Shown piece after piece: positions 1-9,358 of a stretch of 64,000 bases of DNA. The notes beneath the pieces were generated by a model. It was not told the DNA's origin, made no database searches, and saw only the letters and a list, made by a program, of their open reading frames with translations. The stretch comes from a bacterium (lineage in GTDB: Archaea > Nanobdellota > Nanobdellia > Pacearchaeales > GW2011-AR1): positions 107,839-171,838 of the forward strand of contig DAIQOR010000001.1 of NCBI GenBank assembly GCA_036787775.1, given 5' to 3'. A program made the position numbers and the translations under genes. Position 1 is the first letter of the stretch. Every line of letters begins with the position of its first letter.

Positions 1-1375
1 CAGCCATTTCATACTCTTGGTCGTTCTCTAAATCAATTCCTTCGCCATCCTCCGTAGCTAATTGAGCAGCTCTCATTGTTTGTTTGTGTTGCCATTTGAA
101 TAAATTACTTCCACCGAAGAAATACTCCATCCCCTCGAAATCAGCGCTTCTAACATAATCTATTTTACATTGTGCAGGTTCAGAAGCATTCAATCCAAAA
201 GAGAATTCCTCGAAGGCAGGAATACATCCAGTTGTAGAATCTTCATTTATTATTTTAACTTCAACACCTCTATCTGGAGGAGAAATCATTTCACCCTCGT
301 CGAATTCATATCTAAAGTTAGCAAGAAGTGCTCCATCCCAAGGTCTTAATTGAGGGGGATTAACATCTAGAGGATTTATCCAAACGCAAGCCTCGTCAGA
401 AGATCCAGGATTCACAAGTTCACAAGCCTGTCCCAAACTTCTACATTGATATTCGCTACACGGAAGAATTCCCATCTTATTACATTCATCACAAAACTTT
501 CCATCAACAGGCGGTTGCCAAACTCGACCCTCATAATTAACACTTCTTTTTGTATCTTCTTTGTAAAGAATTGCGAACGCTAAAGCAGTTGTAACAATAC
601 CAATTCCCCCTAACCAGTAAGGGTCAGCAACGCCAGCTCCATGAATTAACTCTGTAAGTCCAGTTCCAGCTCCAACAGAAGTGGTTATAGCAGTCCATAA
701 TCCTTTTTGATCATCTGGTGCAGCTGTTGCAGCAATTCCCGATACAAGAGCAATACCTCCTCCAACAGCAGCAACGGTTCCATAATGTGTTTCTTCACAC
801 GTATTTCCCTCAATACACCTAAAATTTTCTGCACAATTGCTTTTTCCTGTTTTTTTGAAATCATCATAACTACATGAGTCAGCTGGATTCGTACTCGTTT
901 TTTCTTCACATCCTTTTCCATCTGCCGTACATTTTCCACTTGGACAAGAAACTCCGCCTTTTTTCCCATCAACACATGTTTCCGCAGGACCAGTTTCAGC
1001 AGGAGGGGGTACAACTTCTTTTTCAACACATTTTCTATCAACACATTTTTTCGCTGAAGGACATTCAGAATCGGTGGTGCATTCAAAACACTTTCCGTCA
1101 TCTTTATCTGCCCAAGGAGTTGCCGCATTACAAACACAAATAGTATTCAAACCCTCAACATCGGGGCACAAATCCTCAATTGTTTGAGTAAACTCGCTTT
1201 TGGAGTTATCTTTACAAATACCCCCTGCCGCAGTACAAGAATCGGATTGAACTGGAGAAGGATTTTCAGCACCACTAACAAATCCAATTCCTCCTCCAAG
1301 AGCCCAAGCAATTGCGAAAGTTCCAACTATCAAAATCATTATTTCAGAAAGTGCAATTTGTCCTCGATTATTCAT
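1..1375 (-). CDS. Giant Cys-rich envelope protein paralog G0; 5' end complete, 3' end runs off the window; carries its own class III (pilin-like) signal peptide
   Basis: The frame is open from ATG at 1375 to the window edge, so it is absent from the ORF track. Manual translation gives MNNRGQIALSEIMILIVGTFAIAWAL..., then a short Cys-rich domain and a Gly/Ala-rich hydrophobic segment. It then reads ..RVWQPPVDGKFCDECNKMGILPCSEYQCRSLGQACELVN, the same knot motif as in 5250..8531 and 9359..13159. Confidence 0.8.
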   Translation of the reverse strand, partial: MNNRGQIALSEIMILIVGTFAIAWALGGGIGFVSGAENPSPVQSDSCTAAGGICKDNSKSEFTQTIEDLCPDVEGLNTICVCNAATPWADKDDGKCFECTTDSECPSAKKCVDRKCVEKEVVPPPAETGPAETCVDGKKGGVSCPSGKCTADGKGCEEKTSTNPADSCSYDDFKKTGKSNCAENFRCIEGNTCEETHYGTVAAVGGGIALVSGIAATAAPDDQKGLWTAITTSVGAGTGLTELIHGAGVADPYWLGGIGIVTTALAFAILYKEDTKRSVNYEGRVWQPPVDGKFCDECNKMGILPCSEYQCRSLGQACELVNPGSSDEACVWINPLDVNPPQLRPWDGALLANFRYEFDEGEMISPPDRGVEVKIINEDSTTGCIPAFEEFSFGLNASEPAQCKIDYVRSADFEGMEYFFGGSNLFKWQHKQTMRAAQLATEDGEGIDLENDQEYEMA

Positions 1376-1382
1376 TTTAATT
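1314..1382 (-). repeat. Copy A of a 69-nt direct repeat covering the signal-peptide codons of G0
   Basis: Aligns without gaps to 2008..2076. The first 23 nt (gcgaaagttccaactatcaaaat) and the last 16 nt are identical, with 13 mismatches in between. Confidence 0.85.
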
Positions 1383-1701
1383 CCTCTTTTATTTCCAACA
1401 TTGTTTTTTCCAATTCCGGAATTTTCACTTCAATAAAATTCCATATCAAATCTTTATCAATTATTTCATATCTATGACTAATAACGTTTCTTAACTTTCT
1501 AAGGTTTCTCCATTTTATATTTTTATGTTTTGATTTTATCTCTCGCGGAAGTTTCACAGAATTCTCTCCAATAGTTTGCAACCTCGTCAAAGTCATATCC
1601 AAAATATCAACATCTTTCAAAGACGCCTTACTTTTACAAGTTTTTTTAATCTTCTCAATAGATTCAATAATATTTCTGATGTAAAGATTATAATTCAACA
1701 T
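1372..1701 (-). CDS. HEPN/DUF86-family toxin of an MNT-HEPN pair
   Basis: 109-aa ORF with the R-x4-H motif (RKLRNVISHRY). Its start overlaps the stop of the upstream nucleotidyltransferase ORF. Confidence 0.8.
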   Translation of the reverse strand: MLNYNLYIRNIIESIEKIKKTCKSKASLKDVDILDMTLTRLQTIGENSVKLPREIKSKHKNIKWRNLRKLRNVISHRYEIIDKDLIWNFIEVKIPELEKTMLEIKEELK

Positions 1702-2020
1702 ATTCCACCTCGTTTTTTATATATTTTAATTCTGGAACAAGATTTTTTTCAATTACCAAATCAATCTTTTTCTTAAAAGTTTTTTCCAACAAAAATAAAA
1801 CATTAAAATAATTATCAACATCAATTTTATCAAATTCAACTAAAAAATCAATATCACTTTTTTGCTTCTGCTGATTCTTCGAATAACTTCCAAAAAGGCC
1901 AATTTTTTTAACTCCTTCCTTTTTCAATTTATCTGCCTCTTTTCTAATCATTTTCAAAATATCTTTCGAAGTTAATTTTTCTATCATCTTAAAAATATTC
2001 CCCCCTCGCGAAAGTTCCAA
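1688..2020 (-). CDS. Minimal nucleotidyltransferase (MNT) antitoxin; real start probably Met12 at 1987
   Basis: GLFGSYSKNQQKQKSDIDFLVEF is the G-S...D-x-D NTase signature. The first 11 codons of the track ORF lie in the gene stub 1989..2069 in another frame. Confidence 0.8.
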   Translation of the reverse strand: MELSRGGNIFKMIEKLTSKDILKMIRKEADKLKKEGVKKIGLFGSYSKNQQKQKSDIDFLVEFDKIDVDNYFNVLFLLEKTFKKKIDLVIEKNLVPELKYIKNEVEYVEL

Positions 2021-2069
2021 CTATCAAAATTAAAATCTGACTTATTGCGATTGTTCCTCTATTATTCAT
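1989..2069 (-). pseudogene. 26-codon stub of a G0-like class III signal-peptide gene
   Basis: Translates MNNRGTIAISQILILIVGTFARGEYF*. The first 21 aa parallel the G0 N-terminus MNNRGQIALSEIMILIVGTFA. Its ATG overlaps the stop of the MazF-like ORF (ATGA at 2066..2069). Confidence 0.7.
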
Positions 2070-2076
2070 TTTAATT
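2008..2076 (-). repeat. Copy B of the 69-nt direct repeat (see 1314..1382)
   Basis: 56 of 69 positions are identical to copy A by manual alignment. The two copies bracket the MNT/HEPN cassette. Confidence 0.85.
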
Positions 2077-2395
2077 TCAACATCTCCTTAATTTTTAAAT
2101 CAATCTCGCTTAAAATATCTTTCTCCAACTCTCCAATTTTTTTCTTAATTTTTTTCTTATCAACCACTCTTAACTGAAAAATTAATGCAATTGAATTATT
2201 CTCTAATCCATTTTTTTTTGAAGCACTTATTTCCTTCGTGTAATTATAATTCAATGCTTCGGTCTTAGAGGTAAACGGAATAACTAAAACTAAATTTACA
2301 GTTTCATCAGTCATTATAATTGCTGGACGAAAACCTTTCTGTTCATGTCCTTTAAACGAAATAAACTCAATTAAACAAATTTCTCCTTTTTTCAT
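2066..2395 (-). CDS. mazF: PemK/MazF-family toxin (mRNA interferase)
   Basis: KGEICLIEF..GHEQKGFRPAIIMTDE...VIPFTS...SIALIFQLRVVDKKKI matches the MazF/PemK signature (GdI..v.f....G.Eq.G.RPa.v...PiTs). Confidence 0.8.
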   Translation of the reverse strand: MKKGEICLIEFISFKGHEQKGFRPAIIMTDETVNLVLVIPFTSKTEALNYNYTKEISASKKNGLENNSIALIFQLRVVDKKKIKKKIGELEKDILSEIDLKIKEMLKLK

Positions 2396-2574
2396 TTCAA
2401 TGAATCTTCAAAATCTTCAAGAGCTTGATCACTCAAAAGTTCCCACTGACCAATCTCTTCTTCAAAAGTTAAATCCTTAGAGTGCTCTTTCATAAGAACC
2501 TTTTTCATCTCTTCTACGACTTTTGTAAGATTCATTATATTCTGATTAACAATTTCTAAACTAATTTGTTCCAT
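2392..2574 (-). CDS. Putative antitoxin partner of the MazF-like toxin
   Basis: 60-aa acidic ORF whose stop overlaps the toxin start by 4 nt. The call rests on position only. Confidence 0.5.
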   Translation of the reverse strand: MEQISLEIVNQNIMNLTKVVEEMKKVLMKEHSKDLTFEEEIGQWELLSDQALEDFEDSLK

Positions 2575-2688
2575 ATTTCTTTTAACCTTTGAAGATATTT
2601 AAAGTTTACCTCCTTTCATTTTTTTGTGAACACAAAAAGATAAATGAAAATTCTTTGAATTTACTTTCATTTTTAATTGATTATTCAT

Positions 2689-4404
2689 TTAAAATCCCAT
2701 CCCCTTTACTCTCTCTTCTTTTGAAGTAGTATGATCCTTAATATTCTTACCAAAACCTTCTTGCCCAATATAATTATTTTTATTTCCACAGTCTCCTAAC
2801 ATTTCAGTATTAGCTCTTTTATCTTTTAACCAATCATCTTTCAAAACGCCTTCCTTATCAAAACATTCAGTTCCAGAAGTTCTTCTCCCATAATCTCCTT
2901 GAACAATATCCCAAATCTTTCCAACATAATTCGCAGTGCATTGCCCATTCACTAAAGAACAAATTTGTTCAGCTTCATTTGGTGCATCAAGGGCTTTTTC
3001 TTCCGCAGGTTGAACCGCTACTTCATCAGTTCCTTGACTCGTCGCTGTATCTGACCAAAATTGCAAACCAGGAGCAAAAAGCGGAGCACACATTAAATCT
3101 CTATCTTCCCCCAACCAATAACAATCTCTTCTATCTGTATTCTCACAATCGTCTTCATTATTTTGCAAAACACAATCTTGCCATCTATTAACTCTACATC
3201 CTGCAGTCAAATAATAATCCCTATCAGTAATCCCACTCTTCGCTTCAGTTCTTTCATTTGTTATGCTTGATTGTATACAAACCTCTTGTCTAAAATCCGC
3301 GCAAGGCTCGACGGTAACATCACCATTATAACACACCATTCTAAAATATCTACTTCCAGGAAGATTATATTTTTCAGGTTCAAAAGTTTTAGGAGTAATT
3401 TCTCCAAGATTATTAACTTTTATTATATTCACACCTTTATTTTTACTCACAGGATTTGAAAACGCACACCAAGTTTCCCCGTGCAAATAAGTCTCACCTT
3501 CAAACTCACAATTCAAATCAACACAACTATTAACTCCTCTCTCTTCACCACAAGTGCTTCCCTCGTAATAATCACAATTTCCACAATCATCATTTCCACC
3601 ATACAAACAACTTTCCGATTTAGAATAAATTTGTTTCCAATATTCAGAATTAGAACCTTCGGGAGGTAAAAAACTATTATCATAAATATTCGCCAAGTTT
3701 CCACAACTATCTAAAAAATAAACTTCATCTTTCCCTTCGACACAAGTTGTTTCGGAAGTTGGATTACAATTTGTTTGCAATTCTTCTGCAGTGCATAAAT
3801 ATCCCTCATGGAAACTAACTTCAGTAACTTCCGAAGAAGTCATTAACTCATTACATTCTTCTCGAGTTTTCATTTCACAAGTTCGAGAAAATTCTTTATC
3901 GAAAACACACGCACCCTTCGCCTCCGAACGCGAACTCAAAATACATTGAACTTCATCCTGAATATCCTGTCTAAAATCAATATTTAATCCATACAGCGTC
4001 GACATTTTATTACATTTTATCCCTGTAACAAAACTCGCTTGATTTCCAATAAAACAACAACCTAATTGACACTGTTCAATATCTTCGGGAGATTCCTGTC
4101 TCCATAAACCTGCACTATCAACACAAGATCTTTTCGCAGTGTTACGAGTGCAAATTCCTTCATCCATATCCAAACAAGTTCCCAAAGAACAATAAGAAGT
4201 AGAAGCACAAGCAGTTGGTTGAGCAGCAGTGTATTCTCCGCCGTCGTCACATTGGTCAGCTGACGCAACATCCTGACACCAATCTCCATCGACGGTTTTT
4301 TCACAACAATAACTTGTTCCAATAGTTACCGAAGAAACAAAACTAATTAAGAACATTCCCACTAACAAAAACAATCCAATCATTATTTCTCTTTTTATTT
4401 TCAT
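2689..4404 (-). CDS. Cys-rich secreted protein G3, carrying only the N-module of the giant family
   Basis: Has an N-terminal signal/anchor and shares motifs with G1/G2: CCEK, VYFLDSCGN, HGETWC, and GDCGNKNNYIG near its C-terminus. Its ATG overlaps the stop of 4401..5198 (ATGA at 4401..4404). Confidence 0.8.
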   Translation of the reverse strand: MKIKREIMIGLFLLVGMFLISFVSSVTIGTSYCCEKTVDGDWCQDVASADQCDDGGEYTAAQPTACASTSYCSLGTCLDMDEGICTRNTAKRSCVDSAGLWRQESPEDIEQCQLGCCFIGNQASFVTGIKCNKMSTLYGLNIDFRQDIQDEVQCILSSRSEAKGACVFDKEFSRTCEMKTREECNELMTSSEVTEVSFHEGYLCTAEELQTNCNPTSETTCVEGKDEVYFLDSCGNLANIYDNSFLPPEGSNSEYWKQIYSKSESCLYGGNDDCGNCDYYEGSTCGEERGVNSCVDLNCEFEGETYLHGETWCAFSNPVSKNKGVNIIKVNNLGEITPKTFEPEKYNLPGSRYFRMVCYNGDVTVEPCADFRQEVCIQSSITNERTEAKSGITDRDYYLTAGCRVNRWQDCVLQNNEDDCENTDRRDCYWLGEDRDLMCAPLFAPGLQFWSDTATSQGTDEVAVQPAEEKALDAPNEAEQICSLVNGQCTANYVGKIWDIVQGDYGRRTSGTECFDKEGVLKDDWLKDKRANTEMLGDCGNKNNYIGQEGFGKNIKDHTTSKEERVKGMGF

Positions 4405-5198
4405 TGTATTATTCCATATCCTGGAGGCAAAACCAAACTTCGCGAAGCGAACAAAAACTTCTCCCCAGTTTTTCTATTAGTTAAAGTGTAAATTGCCGAG
4501 CCGTCAGTTTTCAAATCTTTCTCAACTTTCACATCATGATATCGGTCCATCAAGAAAGTAGTTTCAGTGTTTCCATACTTCGCTTCATCATCCAATATTT
4601 TATTAGCAATCTCCAAGAGTTCATAAATATTATTGTCCACAACTATATCAAATCCTTCATAAGTTCTATCCTCATCACCTTTTGAAACCGACAAACTTCT
4701 ATCAAAATTTACCACAACATTTTCAGGAACCAATTCAACAGTTATATCTCCTCTTCCAGATTCAATAACATAACCTTTAGATTCAAACTCCGAAACTAAA
4801 TCTTCAAAACACGATTCAGCTTTTTCAGAAATCAAACTTTCAATTTCACCCTCGACGTGATTAATTAATAACGGTTCTTGATTAACTCCTAAATCATAAT
4901 AATTATTTGTATAACTTAAATATCTAACTTTATTATCGTCGTATAAAATATAATGTTGAGGATTAACATCTCCTCCCTGAGCAGAAATAGTTACAATCGT
5001 TTGCGCTAAATCTTCTTGAATACAATTTTTAAGTTCTATTTGTGGATTTTCCAAACCACCTCCACCAACAATTAAATTTGAAAGTTCCCCGGGAGAAATA
5101 ACGAAAATCAAAACACCCGCAATAACAATAACTAAACCAATTATAATAAATATTGCAACCTGTCCTTTTTTTCCAAAACCTAATTCACACTCTTTCAT
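4401..5198 (-). CDS. Pilin-like (class III signal peptide) protein P3, paralog of P1/P2
   Basis: ..GKKGQVAIFIIIGLVIVIAGVLIF is followed by motifs shared with P1/P2 (C-I-x-D, QGGD, NQEP, HVEGE, IYTL, FLFA). Confidence 0.75.
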   Translation of the reverse strand: MKECELGFGKKGQVAIFIIIGLVIVIAGVLIFVISPGELSNLIVGGGGLENPQIELKNCIQEDLAQTIVTISAQGGDVNPQHYILYDDNKVRYLSYTNNYYDLGVNQEPLLINHVEGEIESLISEKAESCFEDLVSEFESKGYVIESGRGDITVELVPENVVVNFDRSLSVSKGDEDRTYEGFDIVVDNNIYELLEIANKILDDEAKYGNTETTFLMDRYHDVKVEKDLKTDGSAIYTLTNRKTGEKFLFASRSLVLPPGYGIIQ

Positions 5199-5219
5199 TA
5201 TTTTTATACGATATTCTCA

Positions 5220-5229
5220 TTTATAAATA
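5220..5229 (-). promoter_or_regulatory. TATA box for the P3-G3 unit
   Basis: tttataaata lies 22-31 nt upstream of the P3 ATG (5198). The same spacing is seen for P1, P2, PCNA and the primase. Confidence 0.5.
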
Positions 5230-5249
5230 TTTCACCTCAGAAAAATAAA

Positions 5250-8200
5250 TTAACGAACGATAGATATCTTTTCACAAGTTCTTTCGTTATCCCAAATGTC
5301 TCTACAAATTATATGATATGTAAATCCTTCTGTAAAAGAAAGTTGATGATTCACGTCATAAACCGAACCCATTTTCTGAGCATTATCAAAATTAAAATTA
5401 CAATCATCTGTACTATAAGCACATTGAGCTAGTTCATTAGTAATCATCTTTAAACTATTCGCTTCAGTATATTTTATCAAAATAATTGGTGCATCATCGT
5501 CAGTGTCAAGAGAAAAACTACCTTCCGCACTAACAGAATTTCCTGCATCGTCGCTACAACCAACTTTCAAAATATAATTTCCCTCAGGGATCTGGCTTAA
5601 AGTTTTAACATGAGAAATTGAGTCTGCATTTCCCAAAGAATTACCATAAAAATTTTCCAACAATCCATATATACAATCGCTCTTTCCTCCATAAGCCCCA
5701 CCAGAAGTATCGACGCTAATCACCAAAGGATTTTCCGAATTAACTGGAGAATATCTCACAAAAGGCGTCCCAAGAATTTCAGTCGAATCAATTTTCATAG
5801 AATCAATTAAAAGAGGAGAAGCACTTTGTTTAATTGTAACAATAGTTTCTTTATCCTGAACATTTCCATTTTTATCTGAACATTTCAAATAAACTTTATT
5901 TTCTGCATTCGCCAATCCTTGAATTAATATATTTGGGCAAGAAAAGGAATCATCTTCACATCCAAAAATATTTTCATCAGGCAAATCTTCAAAAATTGCA
6001 TCGGGATTTAAACTATAACGGCATTGCTTTCCAATTTCATCCAAGGTAATTTCCAAAGTAACACTATCTTCCAAAACTCCATCTTCTCCAAATTTCAAAA
6101 AATAATTATTTTTTAAAACGTCAAATTTTTCCGCCGAGCCAGTATCAATTTCAACTTTTTGAATTTTTGGAGCTCTTGTTTCAGCTTCGGGTTTAACGCA
6201 ATATGTAATTTCTTTGGCATCATAATTGGAAATTTGGTTTGCCCCCATACATTTCACATAAACAGAATATATTTTTTCTTCACTTTCTGGAGGAAGCGCA
6301 TTCATTTTTATTTTAAATTCAGTTTCCCAAGCTTGAGGCGTAGCATAAAATTCCATATTTTCATAAGAAATATATTCCTCAAAATCATATTTACAAATAG
6401 AACGAAGTTCCTGCTCATTTGTAATCTCCACATTAAAAGTTAATTCAGCACCACCCTCAACACAGGCATCTCCGCCTTCTTTTGTAAGTTTAACAATTGG
6501 TTCCTCATTTCTATTTAATTCTGTATTCAAAACACAAATTTTTTCTTGATATTCCGGACCAAGACCTCCAACCTCTAAATAATTCGCCAAGTCTCCAACA
6601 ATTTCAATCTCCTCACTCTCCGCAAATTCATCAATACTAACTTCTGGAAGAATCACACAATTTGCCCCCAAGCTTTCACATTTATATTCCGTGCAAGGAA
6701 TAATTTCTTCATTACATTTTTTACAATCAGAATCTTCAGCAATAGGCGGGCTCCAAGGGTAACAATAAGCTTTTACAGGTTGAGGATAATATCCCTTCGG
6801 ATTAGTAGTCCAAGTGCTATATCCTTCCTGGTGGCTTGCTCCTCGATCTAAATCAATGTTTGGATTAATTTTAATCAATTCTGTCGGATAAAAAATCCCC
6901 GCAGTTGGTTCTGGAGTTTGAAAGTCAGGAGTATTTTTTTCAGCATACTCTTCTGCCCCCCTTCCAACAAAATTTTCAATTAGGTCATTATCTAACTCTA
7001 AACTATCTCCTTCATTATTATTTTTTATCCCCTTAAAAAAACTTTCATAATCATAGATTGAACCACTTGTAGCTACACTTTTAAACGAAGGAGATAATTT
7101 ATCTCCTGGACCACTAATAAAAATTAAATCTTCATTATATCCTTTTTCTAATTCTGTATTAATCCATCTTCCGCAATCTCCAAACGCTGTGCACAAGTTA
7201 TTAAATTCATAAGGGTAAATCCAGTTTGAACAAAACTTATTTTTTTCTTTAGAGGTTCCATCTTGCACATATAATGGACAACTTTCGTAAACCATTCCAC
7301 AAACGTTTTCTTTTGTTATTTGTCCGCTAACTTCTGTCACTGCTTCATCCAAACTTTCAACCCTCTCAGGAGTTATATCAAATCCTATTGGAACTTTTGC
7401 AACACAAACATCATAAAGAATATGTTCAGAATCTCCCCCGTGTCTTTCTGTTATCGCAACTTTTTCAACACGGCAATCAACATTTTTTAAACAATCTTCA
7501 ACATTATCAATTCCATAACACAAACCCCCAAGATTGTCTCTGCATTGTGCTTGAGAAATAGTTGTATCCTTTCCAATTATTCTTTTTGATTCTGCACAAA
7601 TTCCGGTTCTATATTCTCCACATCTTTCAATTCTAACTTCTCCAGCAACACAAGCTGCCCTAAAATGTTCACTTCCAACGGCATCCCTACTATTTCCAGT
7701 ATATCCATCCCATAAACACCAAGTCTCTCCGTGGACTCTTTTTTTATTCAAAGTTTCCTCCGATTCCGCACATCCAAGAAATTTACATTCTGCTTCCCCC
7801 GTTTCTTCAGAACAAATATATCCATCTTCTAATTTACATTCTTCTTTAACCCCTTCTCTATTTCCTGCGGAATCAAAATAATAAACATCAGTTAAATCAT
7901 CTTCAATCGCACAACCAAGATGGTCTTTGACTACATAATCAATATCATATTTTTCTTTTATTTCGTTATCCGAACAAAATTTATTTTTTAAAAAATCTCC
8001 ATTAAGATTTCCCTTACATTCTTTTTCTGAAACTTGCGAACAGCTTTCTCCAGTAACACAAGCCCCAACATCTTCGGAAAGGTCTCTACAAGTTTCTTCT
8101 CCATCATTAGTCGTTTTCATGTCTATATTTTTTTTCTCAGAAGCAATCCTACATTTTCCTTTTTCCATCCTCTCCGTGCTACCCCCTCCTAACCAACAAC

Positions 8201-8531
8201 ACACTTCTTCACAATCATCTACAACATTTTCGCAAACACCCTGTTTCCAAATTAATCCCTCGCCAACGCAACCAGATTTATATGCCCCATTTGAACAACT
8301 TGACTCGCCTTCATTAAAACAACATCCAGTATTTTTACAAACATCAAAGTCACTACAAGGGTTAAAATCTATTCCAAAATTTCTATCACACAAATCAATT
8401 GAAGCATCTTGACAAGACGCTCCAGAAATAAGTTTCTCACAACAAACTTCTCCTTCTGCAGAAACAAAATTCAAAATAATAACTAAAAATAAAATCCCCA
8501 ATAAAATTCCTCTTTTCATATTTTTTTCCAT
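5250..8531 (-). CDS. Giant Cys-rich envelope protein G2 (1093 aa)
   Basis: Signal peptide, then N-module motifs (CCEK, YYFDSAGN, HGETWC, GSEHF, FGDCG). Next comes the knot CYPWSPPIAEDSDCKKCNEEIIPCTEYKCESLGANC, then four beta-rich repeats each ending in a KC-x-D-x-x-GN-like motif. Confidence 0.85.
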   Translation of the reverse strand: MEKNMKRGILLGILFLVIILNFVSAEGEVCCEKLISGASCQDASIDLCDRNFGIDFNPCSDFDVCKNTGCCFNEGESSCSNGAYKSGCVGEGLIWKQGVCENVVDDCEEVCCWLGGGSTERMEKGKCRIASEKKNIDMKTTNDGEETCRDLSEDVGACVTGESCSQVSEKECKGNLNGDFLKNKFCSDNEIKEKYDIDYVVKDHLGCAIEDDLTDVYYFDSAGNREGVKEECKLEDGYICSEETGEAECKFLGCAESEETLNKKRVHGETWCLWDGYTGNSRDAVGSEHFRAACVAGEVRIERCGEYRTGICAESKRIIGKDTTISQAQCRDNLGGLCYGIDNVEDCLKNVDCRVEKVAITERHGGDSEHILYDVCVAKVPIGFDITPERVESLDEAVTEVSGQITKENVCGMVYESCPLYVQDGTSKEKNKFCSNWIYPYEFNNLCTAFGDCGRWINTELEKGYNEDLIFISGPGDKLSPSFKSVATSGSIYDYESFFKGIKNNNEGDSLELDNDLIENFVGRGAEEYAEKNTPDFQTPEPTAGIFYPTELIKINPNIDLDRGASHQEGYSTWTTNPKGYYPQPVKAYCYPWSPPIAEDSDCKKCNEEIIPCTEYKCESLGANCVILPEVSIDEFAESEEIEIVGDLANYLEVGGLGPEYQEKICVLNTELNRNEEPIVKLTKEGGDACVEGGAELTFNVEITNEQELRSICKYDFEEYISYENMEFYATPQAWETEFKIKMNALPPESEEKIYSVYVKCMGANQISNYDAKEITYCVKPEAETRAPKIQKVEIDTGSAEKFDVLKNNYFLKFGEDGVLEDSVTLEITLDEIGKQCRYSLNPDAIFEDLPDENIFGCEDDSFSCPNILIQGLANAENKVYLKCSDKNGNVQDKETIVTIKQSASPLLIDSMKIDSTEILGTPFVRYSPVNSENPLVISVDTSGGAYGGKSDCIYGLLENFYGNSLGNADSISHVKTLSQIPEGNYILKVGCSDDAGNSVSAEGSFSLDTDDDAPIILIKYTEANSLKMITNELAQCAYSTDDCNFNFDNAQKMGSVYDVNHQLSFTEGFTYHIICRDIWDNERTCEKISIVR

Positions 8532-8557
8532 CTTCCCAAGTTTTTAATAATTTATAT

Positions 8558-9322
8558 TCAACAACCTAACACAGCAAATCTAAATTTATCTGTTTCCTCC
8601 GCGTGTTTAATTGTATAAACTTTTGCGCCATCTTCCGCAACAAATTTTTTCACATCAATTTCTGGATTTTTAATTATAAACTTAATTTCATCAAACTCAC
8701 ATTGAGTAGTTTCAGCATTTATTATTTTTCTAACAACTTCCAAAATTTCATAAAGATTACTTTTAAAAATCATCGCAAAATCATTCTGCGTAAAACTTTC
8801 TTCACCAGAGCTCATAGAAATTTCAGCTTCCACCGAGAGTTCAATTTGCCCATCTCTAACTTTAACATCAAATCCTTTTAGATTCTCCTCGTTAATAACA
8901 TAATTTTCTTTTTCTAAATCGTTCAAAACTTCCTCAAAACAAGTATTCAAATCTTCTTCAATATAATTTTTAATTTCTTCAGAAACATGTCCAAATAAAT
9001 CTGGTTGTTGATTCACGCAATTTTCCCGATTAATATCATAACAAAGATAAGTGTAATAATTTATTTCATCCTCATCGCTGAACTTGAACGGTTTTCTTAA
9101 AATAATTGATTCCACATATCCGCCATTCTGAATTATTAATTCCTCAGCGTCTTTAACAGAATCTTCAATACAAGTTTTCATCATGTAATCAATATTTTTC
9201 GCACCCGCTCTTGCATTCGGAGTTATCAAAGATTCGCCCTTAAAAATAAAAAACAAAGCGACAACAACCACGATAACAATCGCAATTATAATAAATATTG
9301 TAAGTTGACCTCTTTTTGACAT
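8558..9322 (-). CDS. Pilin-like (class III signal peptide) protein P2
   Basis: MSKRGQLTIFIIIAIVIVVVVALFF, then motifs shared with P1/P3 (CIED, NGGY, YLCY, NQQP, HVSEE, VYTI, FRFA). Confidence 0.75.
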   Translation of the reverse strand: MSKRGQLTIFIIIAIVIVVVVALFFIFKGESLITPNARAGAKNIDYMMKTCIEDSVKDAEELIIQNGGYVESIILRKPFKFSDEDEINYYTYLCYDINRENCVNQQPDLFGHVSEEIKNYIEEDLNTCFEEVLNDLEKENYVINEENLKGFDVKVRDGQIELSVEAEISMSSGEESFTQNDFAMIFKSNLYEILEVVRKIINAETTQCEFDEIKFIIKNPEIDVKKFVAEDGAKVYTIKHAEETDKFRFAVLGC

Positions 9323-9343
9323 GCTTTAAATAATTAAAACAAG

Positions 9344-9353
9344 TTTATAAAAT
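9344..9353 (-). promoter_or_regulatory. TATA box for the P2-G2 unit
   Basis: tttataaaat lies 22-31 nt upstream of the P2 ATG (9322), immediately after the G1 stop. Confidence 0.5.
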
Positions 9354-9358
9354 TTCTT

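Noticed and set aside
685-1477. Track ORFs 685..1137(-), 874..1143(+) and 1184..1477(+).
   Set aside because: All three lie inside, or antisense to, the longer stop-free minus-strand frame 1..1375. That frame has clear homology to G1/G2, and these ORFs have skewed, repetitive composition.
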